Assembly: GCA_020441905.1 (NCBI GenBank)
Contig: JAGRLG010000029.1
Coordinates: 16,922-80,921, forward strand
Direction of reading: 5' to 3'
Length of the DNA stretch: 64,000 nt
Source: Rhodobiaceae bacterium
GTDB lineage: Bacteria > Pseudomonadota > Alphaproteobacteria > Rhizobiales > NORP267
This document shows, piece after piece, positions 54,179 to 63,645 of this stretch (positions within the stretch are counted from its first letter, which is position 1; each line of letters starts with the position of its first letter). The notes under the pieces were generated by a model. It had not been told where the DNA came from and did no database searches. It was given only the letters and a program-made list of their open reading frames with translations. The position numbers and the translations under genes are program-made.

Positions 54179-55042
54179 ATGACCACCCAGATCGTCGGCA
54201 TTCTCTTTGACGGACTGGCCTTTGGGATGCTGTTGTTCGTCCTATCGGTGGGGCTGTCCGTGACGCTGGGCCTGATGAATTTCATCAACCTGGCGCATGG
54301 CAGCTTCGCCATGATCGGCGGCTATGTCACGCTGACACTGATGCGCGAAGGCGGCTGGCCCTTTCTGGCGACACTGCCCGCCGCCTTCGTCATCACCGCC
54401 CTTATCTCCGTTGCCTTCGAGCGCACCCTGTTTCGCCGCCTCTATCGCTCGACGGCCCTTAACCAGGTCCTGCTCACCATCGGCCTGGTCTTCGTATCTG
54501 CGGCCATCGCGGCCTATTTCTATGGCACCGTGCAGCAGCCGATCCAGGTGCCCGATTACCTGCGCGGATCCCATGAGATCGCCGGCGTCAGCTTCGCCAC
54601 CTATCGCCTGTTCCTGCTTGTCGTCGCGCTCTTCCTCGTCGCCCTGCTCATCGGGGGCCTGGAATATACCCGTTTCGGCGCCCGCATCCGCGCCGCCGTC
54701 GACGACCAGCGCATGGCGCGCGGCCTCGGCATCGATGTCGACTCCGTTTTCGCCGTCACCTTCGCCCTGGGCAGCGGCCTTGCCGGCCTCGGCGGCGCCC
54801 TGGCGATCGAGATCGTCGGCCTCGACCCATCCTTCGGCTTCCATTATCTCGTCTTCATGCTGATCGTCGTCGCCGTTGGCGGCCTCGGCTCGGTCGGCGG
54901 ATCCTTCGCCGCCGCCGCCCTGCTCGGCATATTCGACGTCGCGGGAAAATACTATGTGCCGGCACTCGGCTCGTTCCTCATCTATATCGTGCTGATCGTG
55001 CTGCTATTCGTGCGTCCGCGCGGCCTGTTCGGAAAGCGCTGA
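54179..55042 (+). CDS. livH: Branched-chain amino acid-type ABC permease (LivH family)
   Basis: 287 aa. 'NFINLAHGSFAMIGGY' is the LivH signature. Confidence 0.85.
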   Translation: MTTQIVGILFDGLAFGMLLFVLSVGLSVTLGLMNFINLAHGSFAMIGGYVTLTLMREGGWPFLATLPAAFVITALISVAFERTLFRRLYRSTALNQVLLTIGLVFVSAAIAAYFYGTVQQPIQVPDYLRGSHEIAGVSFATYRLFLLVVALFLVALLIGGLEYTRFGARIRAAVDDQRMARGLGIDVDSVFAVTFALGSGLAGLGGALAIEIVGLDPSFGFHYLVFMLIVVAVGGLGSVGGSFAAAALLGIFDVAGKYYVPALGSFLIYIVLIVLLFVRPRGLFGKR

Positions 55043-55045
55043 GCC

Positions 55046-56053
55046 ATGCCCGCCATTCGCACGACACCGGCCGATACGGCGCCCGGCCCCCAAGCCTTTC
55101 TTGCCGCCCAGACGCGCTGGCGCCTGGTCGAGATCCTGTTCTGGCTGGCCCTGCTGTCGCCTTTCTTCCTGCTTCCGACCTATCTCACCCTGGCCAGCCA
55201 GATCGCCATTACCGCGCTGTTCGCGCTCTCGGTCGATCTCATTCTCGGCTATGCCGGTATCATCACCCTGGGCCACGCCCTGTTTTTCGGAATTGGCGCC
55301 TATACTGCCGGCCTTGTCGCCAAATGGGGCTGGGGCGAAGCCATTTCCGGCCTCGTCCTGGCCGCGCTGGCCGCCGGGTTCGTCGGCTATGTCACCGGCT
55401 TCATCATCACCCGCGTCCACCACCTGGCGCTGATCATGATCACGCTTGGCCTCGGCCTGGTGGCGGTCGAGGCCGCCAATTCGGCCAGCTGGCTCACCGG
55501 CGGCGCCGACGGCCTTCAGGGCGTGCGCATGTGGAAGCTCCTGGGCACCTTCGAATTCGACCTCTGGGGCTACTCCGCCTATGGCTATTCCTTGGGGGCC
55601 CTGTTCGTCTTTTTCCTTATTTCCCGCCGCATCGTGCATTCGCCCTTCGGCCTGTCGCTGCGCGGCATCAGGGAAAATCTCGACCGCATGCCGGCCATCG
55701 GCGCGCCCAGCCGCGCCCGCCTGCACAAGATCTATGTCATCTCGGCGGCCATGGCTGGCGTCGCCGGCGCCCTGCTGGCCCAGACCACCGAAACCGTTTC
55801 GCTCGAAACCCTCGGCTTCCAGCGCTCGGCCGATGTCGTCATCATGCTCATCCTCGGCGGCACCGGGCGCCTTTACGGCGGCATAGTCGGCGCCATCATC
55901 TTCATGATCGCCCGCGACCAGCTCGCCGACATGAACCCGCAATACTGGTATTTCTGGATCGGACTGCTGCTGGTCGCCGTCGTGCTGTTCCTGTCCAACG
56001 GTATCCTCGGCGGCCTCGACCGCCTGCTGCCGCGCCGGCGGGGCGACGCATGA
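55046..56053 (+). CDS. livM: Branched-chain amino acid-type ABC permease (LivM family)
   Basis: 335 aa. 'LILGYAGIITLGHALFFGIGAY' is the LivM signature. Confidence 0.85.
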   Translation: MPAIRTTPADTAPGPQAFLAAQTRWRLVEILFWLALLSPFFLLPTYLTLASQIAITALFALSVDLILGYAGIITLGHALFFGIGAYTAGLVAKWGWGEAISGLVLAALAAGFVGYVTGFIITRVHHLALIMITLGLGLVAVEAANSASWLTGGADGLQGVRMWKLLGTFEFDLWGYSAYGYSLGALFVFFLISRRIVHSPFGLSLRGIRENLDRMPAIGAPSRARLHKIYVISAAMAGVAGALLAQTTETVSLETLGFQRSADVVIMLILGGTGRLYGGIVGAIIFMIARDQLADMNPQYWYFWIGLLLVAVVLFLSNGILGGLDRLLPRRRGDA

Positions 56054-56805
56054 ACGCGCCCATGCTCCAGACCCGCGGCCTCGACAAGCGTTTCGGCTCG
56101 CTGATCGTCGCCCAGAGTATCGAGATCGACCTGCCGCAGGGCGCCCGCCACGCGCTGATCGGCCCCAATGGCGCCGGCAAGACGACCTTGATCAATCTCA
56201 TGACCGGCAGGTTGCGCCCCGATGCCGGCCAGATCCGCCTTGGCGGGGAGAATATCTCGGCGCTGGCGCCCGAGGCCCGCGTCAAGCGCGGCCTGGTGCG
56301 CACCTTCCAGATCAACACCCTGTTCCCGCACCTTACCGCGCTCGAAGCGGTCACGCTTGCGGTCTGCGAACGCCGCGGCCAGGCCGGCAGGTGGTGGCGC
56401 AAGCTTTCCGATCACAAGGACGCCATCGACGAAGCCCATGAAATCCTGACCTCGCTGCAACTTGCCGCCGATTGCCTGCGCCCGACCCACGCCCTGGCCT
56501 ATGGCCAGCAGCGCCTGCTCGAGATCGCCCTGGCCCTGGCGACGCGGCCCAAGGTGCTCCTGCTCGACGAGCCGGCCGCCGGCGTGCCCCAGGGCGAAAG
56601 CGCCGAGCTTTTCACCGCCATCGCCAATCTGCCCAAGGACATGGCGGTGCTGTTCATCGAGCATGACATGAACCTTGTCTTCCGCTTCGCCACCCGCATC
56701 ATCGTGCTGGTTGCCGGCGCCGTGCTCACCGAGGGCACGCCGGACGAGATCGCCGCCGATCCGCGCGTGCGCGAAGTCTATCTGGGGAGCGCCCATCATG
56801 GCTGA
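56050..56805 (+). CDS. livG: ABC ATP-binding protein (LivG family)
   Basis: The ATG at 56050 overlaps the livM stop. 'LIGPNGAGKTT', 'RTFQ', 'LAYGQQRLLEIALAL', 'LLLDEPAAG'. Confidence 0.85.
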   Translation: MNAPMLQTRGLDKRFGSLIVAQSIEIDLPQGARHALIGPNGAGKTTLINLMTGRLRPDAGQIRLGGENISALAPEARVKRGLVRTFQINTLFPHLTALEAVTLAVCERRGQAGRWWRKLSDHKDAIDEAHEILTSLQLAADCLRPTHALAYGQQRLLEIALALATRPKVLLLDEPAAGVPQGESAELFTAIANLPKDMAVLFIEHDMNLVFRFATRIIVLVAGAVLTEGTPDEIAADPRVREVYLGSAHHG

Positions 56806-57526
56806 CCCCCTGCTGTCGCTGAAAAACGTCCAGGCCGGCTATGGCGAGTCGATCGTGCTCGACGGCATCTCGCTCGACATCGAGGAAGACGGCAGCCTGT
56901 CGGTGCTCGGCCGCAATGGCGTCGGCAAGTCGACCCTGCTGCTGACCATCATGGGCTTTACCAATGTCAGCGCCGGAACGGTCACGTGGCGCGGCAAGGA
57001 CATTACCGGCTGGCTGCCCCACAAACGCGCCCGCGCCGGCATCGGCTGGGTATCGCAGGAGCGCGACATATTCCCCTCGCTCACCGTGGAGGAAAACCTC
57101 ACCGTCGCCGCCAGCCCCGGACGCTGGGATCTCAAGGCGGTCTACGACCTCTTTCCGCGCCTTGCCGAGCGGCGCACCAATATGGGCAATCACCTTTCGG
57201 GGGGCGAGCAGCAGATGCTCACCATCGCCCGTACCCTGATGACCAATCCGGCGATCCTGCTTCTCGACGAACCGCTGGAGGGCCTGGCGCCCATCGTCGT
57301 CGAGGAACTGACCGCGGCCATCGAACGCATGAACGACCAGGAAAAAATGGCTCTCGTGCTGGTCGAGCAGCATGCCAGCGTGGCGCTGGCGCTGACCGAG
57401 CAGGCCCTGGTCATCGAGCGCGGCGCCGCGGCCTGGGCCGGCGCCTCGGGCGACCTCGTCAAGGACCAGGCCCTTATCGACCGCTATATCGGCCTCAACC
57501 TGACCGGGCAGGCGAAAGCCGGCTGA
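56798..57526 (+). CDS. livF: ABC ATP-binding protein (LivF family)
   Basis: The ATG at 56798 overlaps the livG stop. 'VLGRNGVGKSTLL', 'LSGGEQQMLTIARTL', 'LLLDEPLEGLAP'. Confidence 0.85.
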   Translation: MADPLLSLKNVQAGYGESIVLDGISLDIEEDGSLSVLGRNGVGKSTLLLTIMGFTNVSAGTVTWRGKDITGWLPHKRARAGIGWVSQERDIFPSLTVEENLTVAASPGRWDLKAVYDLFPRLAERRTNMGNHLSGGEQQMLTIARTLMTNPAILLLDEPLEGLAPIVVEELTAAIERMNDQEKMALVLVEQHASVALALTEQALVIERGAAAWAGASGDLVKDQALIDRYIGLNLTGQAKAG

Positions 57527-57546
57527 CGGGCAGATGCCCTGCCTGC

Positions 57547-58290
57547 TCAATTGCAGGTCGTCGGATTGTCACCGTCTTCCAGGATCTCAGCCGCCGCCTT
57601 GAAGGGCTCCAGCAATTGCGGGTACTTGCTGGCGCAGGCCGCCGTTATCGCGATTTTTCCCAGCGAATCCGGGGCCTTGACCTCGCGGATCGTCCATTCG
57701 ATTTCGCCCTCGGCCGCTCCGGGCGCATCGGCGCAGGGCGCCGGATCCCGGTACAATACGCCCTCGGCGCCGCGCAGCGCGCCGAGCAGCGCCACCGCCT
57801 CCCGGCCCGACAGCGCGGCGGAACAGCGGCGGCCATCGCCCTCGCCGAGCAGGGCGGTATAGACGCCGCCCCTGTCCCATTGCGCTTCCATGCGGGCGAA
57901 AGCCCGGCCCGCGCCGGGCGCCGGATGGGCAAGTACCACGGTGAATCTGTTCAGATTGGCATAGGCCTGCTCAAGATGGGCGTCGCGCTCCGCATTCGAT
58001 TTGGTCATGGCCCGGCCGATCAGAACGGCAATCGCCATGCCGGCGACAATGGCCGGCAGCGCAGTGGCAAGCAGCCAGCGCGGCGGCAGATAGATGGCCA
58101 GGCCCAGCGCGGCAATGCCGAGGCCCGCCGCGCCCAGCACGCCGTAGCCGAGCGCGATGGCCGGACCGGCAAGGCCACTGCCCGGCGCCACGAAATAGCG
58201 CCCGCCGATCATGGTGCCGAGCACCAGCCCGATAAGCATGAAGGCGATAACAAAGACGGCTCCAAGCAGAATTCGCATACGCCGTGTCAT
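57547..58290 (-). CDS. Hypothetical membrane protein
   Basis: 247 aa from ATG 58290 (AAGGAGG SD). Three N-terminal hydrophobic helices precede a Cys-containing soluble domain. I recognise no family. Confidence 0.5.
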   Translation of the reverse strand: MTRRMRILLGAVFVIAFMLIGLVLGTMIGGRYFVAPGSGLAGPAIALGYGVLGAAGLGIAALGLAIYLPPRWLLATALPAIVAGMAIAVLIGRAMTKSNAERDAHLEQAYANLNRFTVVLAHPAPGAGRAFARMEAQWDRGGVYTALLGEGDGRRCSAALSGREAVALLGALRGAEGVLYRDPAPCADAPGAAEGEIEWTIREVKAPDSLGKIAITAACASKYPQLLEPFKAAAEILEDGDNPTTCN

Positions 58291-58520
58291 CGTGCCCCTC
58301 CTTGCGCGCGGATCTCCTTTGCGGCCCGGCGGCGCTACCGCCGGCTGTCGCCGATCAACGATACAATCGTCGCCAAGGCTGGCAAGTTCCGGTTCAGCGC
58401 TACTCGCGCGGCGCCCGGATCCGCGACGGGCGGTTGCACCTAGACCAAAGATATAGCTGCGCGCGCTTGCGATTCGCCAAGTTTTAGGTCTTAATGACAA
58501 TAAGTTCAATTTTGGGAGGC

Positions 58521-58539
58521 GGGTTCAACTATTGAACCC
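58521..58539. promoter_or_regulatory. Perfect 8-3-8 palindrome upstream of the formate dehydrogenase operon
   Basis: GGGTTCAA-cta-TTGAACCC, 25 nt upstream of the GTG start of the TorD-like gene, in a locally AT-richer region. Confidence 0.25.
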
Positions 58540-58563
58540 GGCTAAAAAAGAAGCCCGAACAGG

Positions 58564-59187
58564 GTGGCGAACGCCGTGTCTGCTACAAAAGCCAGGCAGG
58601 TCGCCGTTTTGGAGGAAGACGAGCTTAGGGCTCAAGTCTACCGGCTCTTGGCAAATTTGCTCCGGAAGGCGCCTGAGGAAGGCGAACTCAAGCTCATATC
58701 GGGTTTGAGCGGGGATGAATCGGCCCTCGGCAGCGCCTTTCAGAAGATCGCGAAAACCGCAGGCAACTCCTCTGCGCCGGACATATCGGACCAGTTCGAC
58801 CAGATCTTCGTCGGGGTTGGCCGCGGCGAGTTGCTCCCCTACGCATCCTATTATCTGACCGGTTTCCTGCACGAGAAGCCCTTGGCCAAGCTGCGCACCG
58901 ACATGGCCGAACTCGGCGTTGCGCGCGGCAACAATGTCTCGGAACCGGAGGATCATATCGCGGCCCTGTGCGAGATGATGGCCGGGTTGATCCTGGGTGA
59001 CTTTGGCGAAGTCGTCCCGCTGCAACGGCAAAAAGAGTTTTTCGCCCGCCATGTCGAATCCTGGGCGAAGCTGTTCTTCGAGGATCTCGCCGCAACCAAT
59101 TCATCGAAGTTCTACGGCGCCGTTGGCGAGGTGGGCGCGGCGTTCATTGATATCGAGACTGACGCGTTTCGAATGATCGAGTCCTGA
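58564..59187 (+). CDS. TorD/DmsD-family redox-enzyme maturation chaperone
   Basis: 207 aa. 'RAQVYRLLANLL...P', 'LPYASYYLTGFL' and 'EPEDHIAALCEMMA' are typical TorD-family segments. It is the first gene of the fdh cluster. Confidence 0.7.
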   Translation: MANAVSATKARQVAVLEEDELRAQVYRLLANLLRKAPEEGELKLISGLSGDESALGSAFQKIAKTAGNSSAPDISDQFDQIFVGVGRGELLPYASYYLTGFLHEKPLAKLRTDMAELGVARGNNVSEPEDHIAALCEMMAGLILGDFGEVVPLQRQKEFFARHVESWAKLFFEDLAATNSSKFYGAVGEVGAAFIDIETDAFRMIES

Positions 59188-59405
59188 GCCGAACAGGCCA
59201 GGCGGCTGCGCATTGACGCAGCCTTGCAGGTTCCGGGCCGATTCCCGGAAACAGGAACAAGTGAGCACAAGGCTGCAGTCCGGGACCAACCGGCTCCAAG
59301 AAGTAACCGTCAGTCGCGTGAACTTTTTGCAGATGCGCATGCCCGATGCGTTCCGCGGCGATACCGAAGCGCCGCACGGCAAATACGAGCAGGAGGAACA
59401 ATAAA

Positions 59406-59600
59406 ATGTCTGCTGACGCCAAGACCGAAAAAGCCGGCCGCCGGGGTTTCCTGAAACTGATCAGCCTGTCCGCCGCCTTCGGCGGGGCGCTTGCCCTGAC
59501 CAAGGGCAAGGCAGAGGCCGGCGAGGCAGAGCCTGAGGATAATTCGGGGTATCGGGAATCCGAGCACGTGAAGACCTATTACAAGCTCGCGCGGTTCTAG
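59406..59600 (+). CDS. Small Tat-signal protein of formate dehydrogenase regions ('formate dehydrogenase region TAT target')
   Basis: 64 aa. AGGAGGA SD. Twin-arginine signal 'GRRGFLKLISLSAAFGGALAL'. It ends with 'YYKLARF'. Confidence 0.7.
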   Translation: MSADAKTEKAGRRGFLKLISLSAAFGGALALTKGKAEAGEAEPEDNSGYRESEHVKTYYKLARF

Positions 59601-59695
59601 GCCCGCACTCGGGACAATCCGCCGCCGGCGCCGCCAGGCAAACCGGCAGGATCGCCGGATGCCCGTCAAGGCCTTGTTGATAAAGGGAGAATGAC

Positions 59696-62611
59696 ATGCT
59701 TAGGAAAAAGACTGACGGCGTGGCAATCAGGTCCCGATTGTCCTCGGCCTTGTCCGAAACCGCCGGGCAGGCGGTCGACCGGCGCACCTTCCTAAGGCGT
59801 TCGGGCCTGACCGTCGGCGGTCTAGCCGCGGCATCCATGGTGTCGGGCGGCATGGTCAAGAAGGCCGAGGCCGCCACCGAAGGCGCGGGCAATATCCAAA
59901 CCATCAAATCGGTGTGCACCCATTGCGCGGTCGGCTGCACCGTATCGGCTGAAGTCCAGGACGGCGTCTGGATCGGCCAGGAACCCGGCACGGACAGCCC
60001 GATCAACCTGGGCGCCCACTGCGCCAAGGGCGCATCCGTGCGCGAGCATGCCCATGGCGAGCGGCGGCTGAAATACCCGACCAAGCTGGTCAACGGCAAA
60101 TGGCAGCGCATGTCCTGGGACGACGCCATCAACGAGATCGGCGACAAGCTCCTCGAAATCAAGAAAACGTCCGGCCCCGACTCGGTCTATTGGCTCGGTT
60201 CGGCCAAGCACAACAACGAGCAGGCTTATCTGTTCCGCAAGATGTACGCCTTCTGGGGCACCAATAACGGCGATCATCAGGCCCGTATCTGCCATTCGAC
60301 CACGGTCGCGGGTGTGGCAAACACCTGGGGCTATGGCGCGATGACCAATTCGCTCAACGACATGCACAATTCGCGCGCCATCCTGCTCATCGGCGGCAAC
60401 CCGGCCGAAGCCCATCCGGTTTCGCTGATGCATCTGATGAAGGCCAAAGAGGAAAACAACGCCGCGCTGATCGTGGCCGATCCGCGCTTCACGCGCACGG
60501 CGGCCCATGCCACCGAATATGTCCGCTTCCGCCCCGGCACCGATGTCGCGCTGATCTGGGGCATCCTCTACCACATCTTCGACAATGGATGGGAGGACAA
60601 GGACTACATCCAGAAGCGCGTCTGGGGCATGGAATACATCCGCGAAGAAGTGATGAAATGGAATCCCGACGAGGTCAAGCGGGTCACCGGCGTTCCGGAA
60701 GCTCAGGTCAAGCGCGTCGCCCGGACGCTAGCCAGCAACAAACCCGGCACCATCATCTGGTGCATGGGCGGAACCCAGCACACCACCGGCAACAACAATA
60801 CGCGGGCCTATTGTGTCCTGCAGTTGGCCCTTGGCAATATCGGCAAGGCCGGCGGCGGCGCCAATATCTTCCGTGGCCATGACAATGTGCAGGGCGCCAC
60901 CGACTTCTGCGTGCTGTCGGACAACCTGCCCGGCTATTACGGGCTCGCCAAGGGCGCCTGGCAGCATTGGGCGCGGGTTTGGGACGTCAAGTACGAGGAT
61001 CTGCTCGCCAACTTCGCTTCCGACAAACTGATGGAATCGGCGGGCATTCCGGTGTCGCGCTGGATCGACGGCGTCCTTGAGGACAAGGGCAAGATCGACC
61101 AGCCGGACAATCTGCGTGCCATGATTTTCTGGGGCCACGCACCGAACTCGCAGACCCGCGGGCCGGAAATGCAGGAGGCGATGAACAAGCTCGACATTCT
61201 GGTTGTCGTCGACCCCTATCCGACCATGTCGGCGGTGATGCACAACCGCAAGGACGGCGTCTATCTGCTGCCGGCGGCGACACAGTTCGAAACCTATGGC
61301 TCGGTGACCGCCTCCAACCGCTCGCTGCAATGGCGTGACAAGGTGGTCGAGCCGCTCTTCGAGTCGCTTCCCGATCACACCATCATGTACAAGTTCGCCA
61401 AGAAGCTCGGTTTCGCCGACCAGATCTGCAAGAACATCGAGGTCAAGAACGACGAGCCGCTGATCGAAGACATCACCCGCGAATACAACAAGGGCATGTG
61501 GACCATCGGCTATACCGGCCAGTCGCCGGAGCGCCTCAAGCTCCACATGGCCAATCAGCACACCTTCGACCGCACCACCTTGCGGGCCAATGGCGGCCCC
61601 GCCGACGGCGAGTTCTACGGCCTGCCCTGGCCGTGCTGGGGCCCGCCGGAGATGAAACATCCCGGAACGGCGAACCTCTACGATCCGTCCCTGCCGGTGG
61701 CCGAGGGCGGGCTGAACTTCCGCGCCCGTTTCGGCGTCAAGGCACCGGACGAATGGGGCGGCGCCAATCTGCTCGCCGAGGGCGATGTCGAGGGCGTGTC
61801 CTATCCGGTCGGCAACGAGCTGAAGGGAGGGCATCCCGAATTCAGCATGGCGATGCTGGAAAAACTGGGCTGGGACGCCGATCTCACCGACGCCGAACGC
61901 AGCGTCATTGCCTCCGTCGCCGGGTCGAACACCAACTGGAAGACAGATCTTTCCGGCGGTATACAGCGCGTCGCCATCAAGCATGGCTGCGCACCCTTCG
62001 GCAATGCCAAGGCCCGGGCCGTGGTGTGGCCATTCCCCGATCCGGTGCCCGTGCACCGCGAGGCGCTCTACACCAACCGGCGCGACCTGCTGCCCAAATA
62101 CGCCACCTATGCCGACAAGCAGGCCTACCGCCTGCCGACGGCCTATGCCTCGATCCAGGCGAACGACTATTCCAAGGATTACCCGATAATCCTGACCTCG
62201 GGGCGGCTGGTAGAATATGAGGGCGGCGGCGACGAGTCGCGGTCAAATCCGTGGCTGGCCGAATTGCAGCAGGACATGTTCGTCGAGATCAATCCGACCG
62301 ATGCCAACAATATGGGCATCCGCAATGATGACATGGTCTGGGTGCAGGGGCCACCGACCCATACCGGACAAATGGGCGGCAAGGTCAAGGTCAAGGCCAT
62401 GCTCACCGAGCGGGTGGAAAAGGGCGTTGCCTTCATGCCCTTCCATTTCGGCGGCCATTTCCAGGGCGAGGACCTGCGCTCGAAATACCCGCAAGGGTCC
62501 GACCCCTACGTCCTCGGTGAAGCCTCGAATACGGCTCAGAGCTACGGCTATGACTCGGTGACCCAGATGCAGGAAACCAAGGCAACCCTGTGCCGCATCG
62601 AGAAAGCGTAA
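59696..62611 (+). CDS. fdhA: Formate dehydrogenase alpha subunit, molybdopterin, Tat-exported, Cys-type
   Basis: 971 aa. Tat signal 'VDRRTFLRRSGLTVGGLAA', 4Fe-4S motif 'CTHCAVGCT', active-site region 'HQARICHSTTVAG' (Cys where selenoenzymes have U). No in-frame TGA. Confidence 0.93.
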   Translation: MLRKKTDGVAIRSRLSSALSETAGQAVDRRTFLRRSGLTVGGLAAASMVSGGMVKKAEAATEGAGNIQTIKSVCTHCAVGCTVSAEVQDGVWIGQEPGTDSPINLGAHCAKGASVREHAHGERRLKYPTKLVNGKWQRMSWDDAINEIGDKLLEIKKTSGPDSVYWLGSAKHNNEQAYLFRKMYAFWGTNNGDHQARICHSTTVAGVANTWGYGAMTNSLNDMHNSRAILLIGGNPAEAHPVSLMHLMKAKEENNAALIVADPRFTRTAAHATEYVRFRPGTDVALIWGILYHIFDNGWEDKDYIQKRVWGMEYIREEVMKWNPDEVKRVTGVPEAQVKRVARTLASNKPGTIIWCMGGTQHTTGNNNTRAYCVLQLALGNIGKAGGGANIFRGHDNVQGATDFCVLSDNLPGYYGLAKGAWQHWARVWDVKYEDLLANFASDKLMESAGIPVSRWIDGVLEDKGKIDQPDNLRAMIFWGHAPNSQTRGPEMQEAMNKLDILVVVDPYPTMSAVMHNRKDGVYLLPAATQFETYGSVTASNRSLQWRDKVVEPLFESLPDHTIMYKFAKKLGFADQICKNIEVKNDEPLIEDITREYNKGMWTIGYTGQSPERLKLHMANQHTFDRTTLRANGGPADGEFYGLPWPCWGPPEMKHPGTANLYDPSLPVAEGGLNFRARFGVKAPDEWGGANLLAEGDVEGVSYPVGNELKGGHPEFSMAMLEKLGWDADLTDAERSVIASVAGSNTNWKTDLSGGIQRVAIKHGCAPFGNAKARAVVWPFPDPVPVHREALYTNRRDLLPKYATYADKQAYRLPTAYASIQANDYSKDYPIILTSGRLVEYEGGGDESRSNPWLAELQQDMFVEINPTDANNMGIRNDDMVWVQGPPTHTGQMGGKVKVKAMLTERVEKGVAFMPFHFGGHFQGEDLRSKYPQGSDPYVLGEASNTAQSYGYDSVTQMQETKATLCRIEKA

Positions 62612-62623
62612 GGAGACACACAA

Positions 62624-63217
62624 ATGGCCAGAATGAAGTTCCTTTGTGATGCCGAGCGCTGCATCGAATGCAATGCCTGTGTCACCGCCTGCAAGAACGA
62701 GCACGAGGTGCCCTGGGGCGTAAACCGGCGCCGCGTCGTCACCATCAATGACGGCAAGCCCGGCGAACGCTCGATATCGGTCGCCTGCATGCATTGTTCG
62801 GACGCGCCCTGCATGGCGGTCTGCCCGGTGGATGTCTTCTACCAGACCGACCAGGGCGTCGTGCTGCACAACAAGGATTTGTGCATCGGTTGCGGCTATT
62901 GCTTCTATGCCTGCCCGTTCGGCGCGCCGCAGTTCCCCCAGGCGTCGAATTTCGGCTCTCGCGGCAAGATGGACAAATGCACCTTCTGCGCCGGCGGGCC
63001 GGAAAAAGACTTCTCCGATGCCGAGTTCAAGAAATATGGCCGCAATCGCCTGGCCGAAGGCAAGCTGCCGCTCTGCGCGGAGATGTGCTCGACCAAGGCG
63101 CTGCTCGCCGGTGACGGCGACCAGGTGTCCAACATCTACCGCGAGCGCGTGGTGGCCCGCGGTTTCGGTTCCGGGGCCTGGGGCTGGAGCCGGGCTTATC
63201 CCGGCCAGGGCGCCTGA
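62624..63217 (+). CDS. fdhB: Formate dehydrogenase iron-sulfur (beta) subunit
   Basis: 197 aa. Four ferredoxin-type Cys clusters ('CIECNACVTAC', 'CMHCSDAPC', 'CIGCGYCFYAC', 'CTFC...C'). AGGAGA SD. Confidence 0.9.
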   Translation: MARMKFLCDAERCIECNACVTACKNEHEVPWGVNRRRVVTINDGKPGERSISVACMHCSDAPCMAVCPVDVFYQTDQGVVLHNKDLCIGCGYCFYACPFGAPQFPQASNFGSRGKMDKCTFCAGGPEKDFSDAEFKKYGRNRLAEGKLPLCAEMCSTKALLAGDGDQVSNIYRERVVARGFGSGAWGWSRAYPGQGA

Positions 63218-63392
63218 GCGGCACCTGAGCGACAACGCGGCCGGAGCGGGCCATCCGCCCCCTCCGGCCGCGCGCATGGCGGTCATGCCGGCCCATTGGC
63301 GGGTCCTCCCGCGGCATTGGCCGGGGGCACGAAAGCGGAGCCACGAGCGGCGGATAAACCGGCGTCAGGCGGCAGATGGAGTTTTCCGCACC

Positions 63393-63596
63393 ATGAACAA
63401 GACCAAGAAGATCGTCATTGCGGCATTCGCCCTGGCCCTCGCATCGGGCCTCGCCGGCTGCCGCGACGAAGAGCAGAACCGCCCCCTGTCGACCAGCAAG
63501 AGCACTTATCACGGCCCGAGCGACGACAAGCTCAGCGAGCAACAGCTGCGCGAAATCCGCCACCGCATGAATATCCAGGCTGGCGGCCAGATCTAG
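63393..63596 (+). CDS. Small lipoprotein (67 aa)
   Basis: 'MNKTKKIVIAAFALALASGLAGC' is a signal peptide with a lipobox (LAGC). It lies between the fdh beta and gamma subunit genes. Confidence 0.5.
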   Translation: MNKTKKIVIAAFALALASGLAGCRDEEQNRPLSTSKSTYHGPSDDKLSEQQLREIRHRMNIQAGGQI

Positions 63597-63645
63597 CTTA
63601 CCGGTCCGGCATCATCCAGGCCGGTATTTTGGGAGGAAACAGGCA

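Noticed and set aside
59696-62611. Possible selenocysteine (in-frame TGA plus SECIS) in the formate dehydrogenase alpha subunit.
   Set aside because: The ORF is continuous, and the catalytic position is encoded by a Cys codon within 'ARICHSTT'. There is no in-frame TGA, so this is a Cys-type enzyme.
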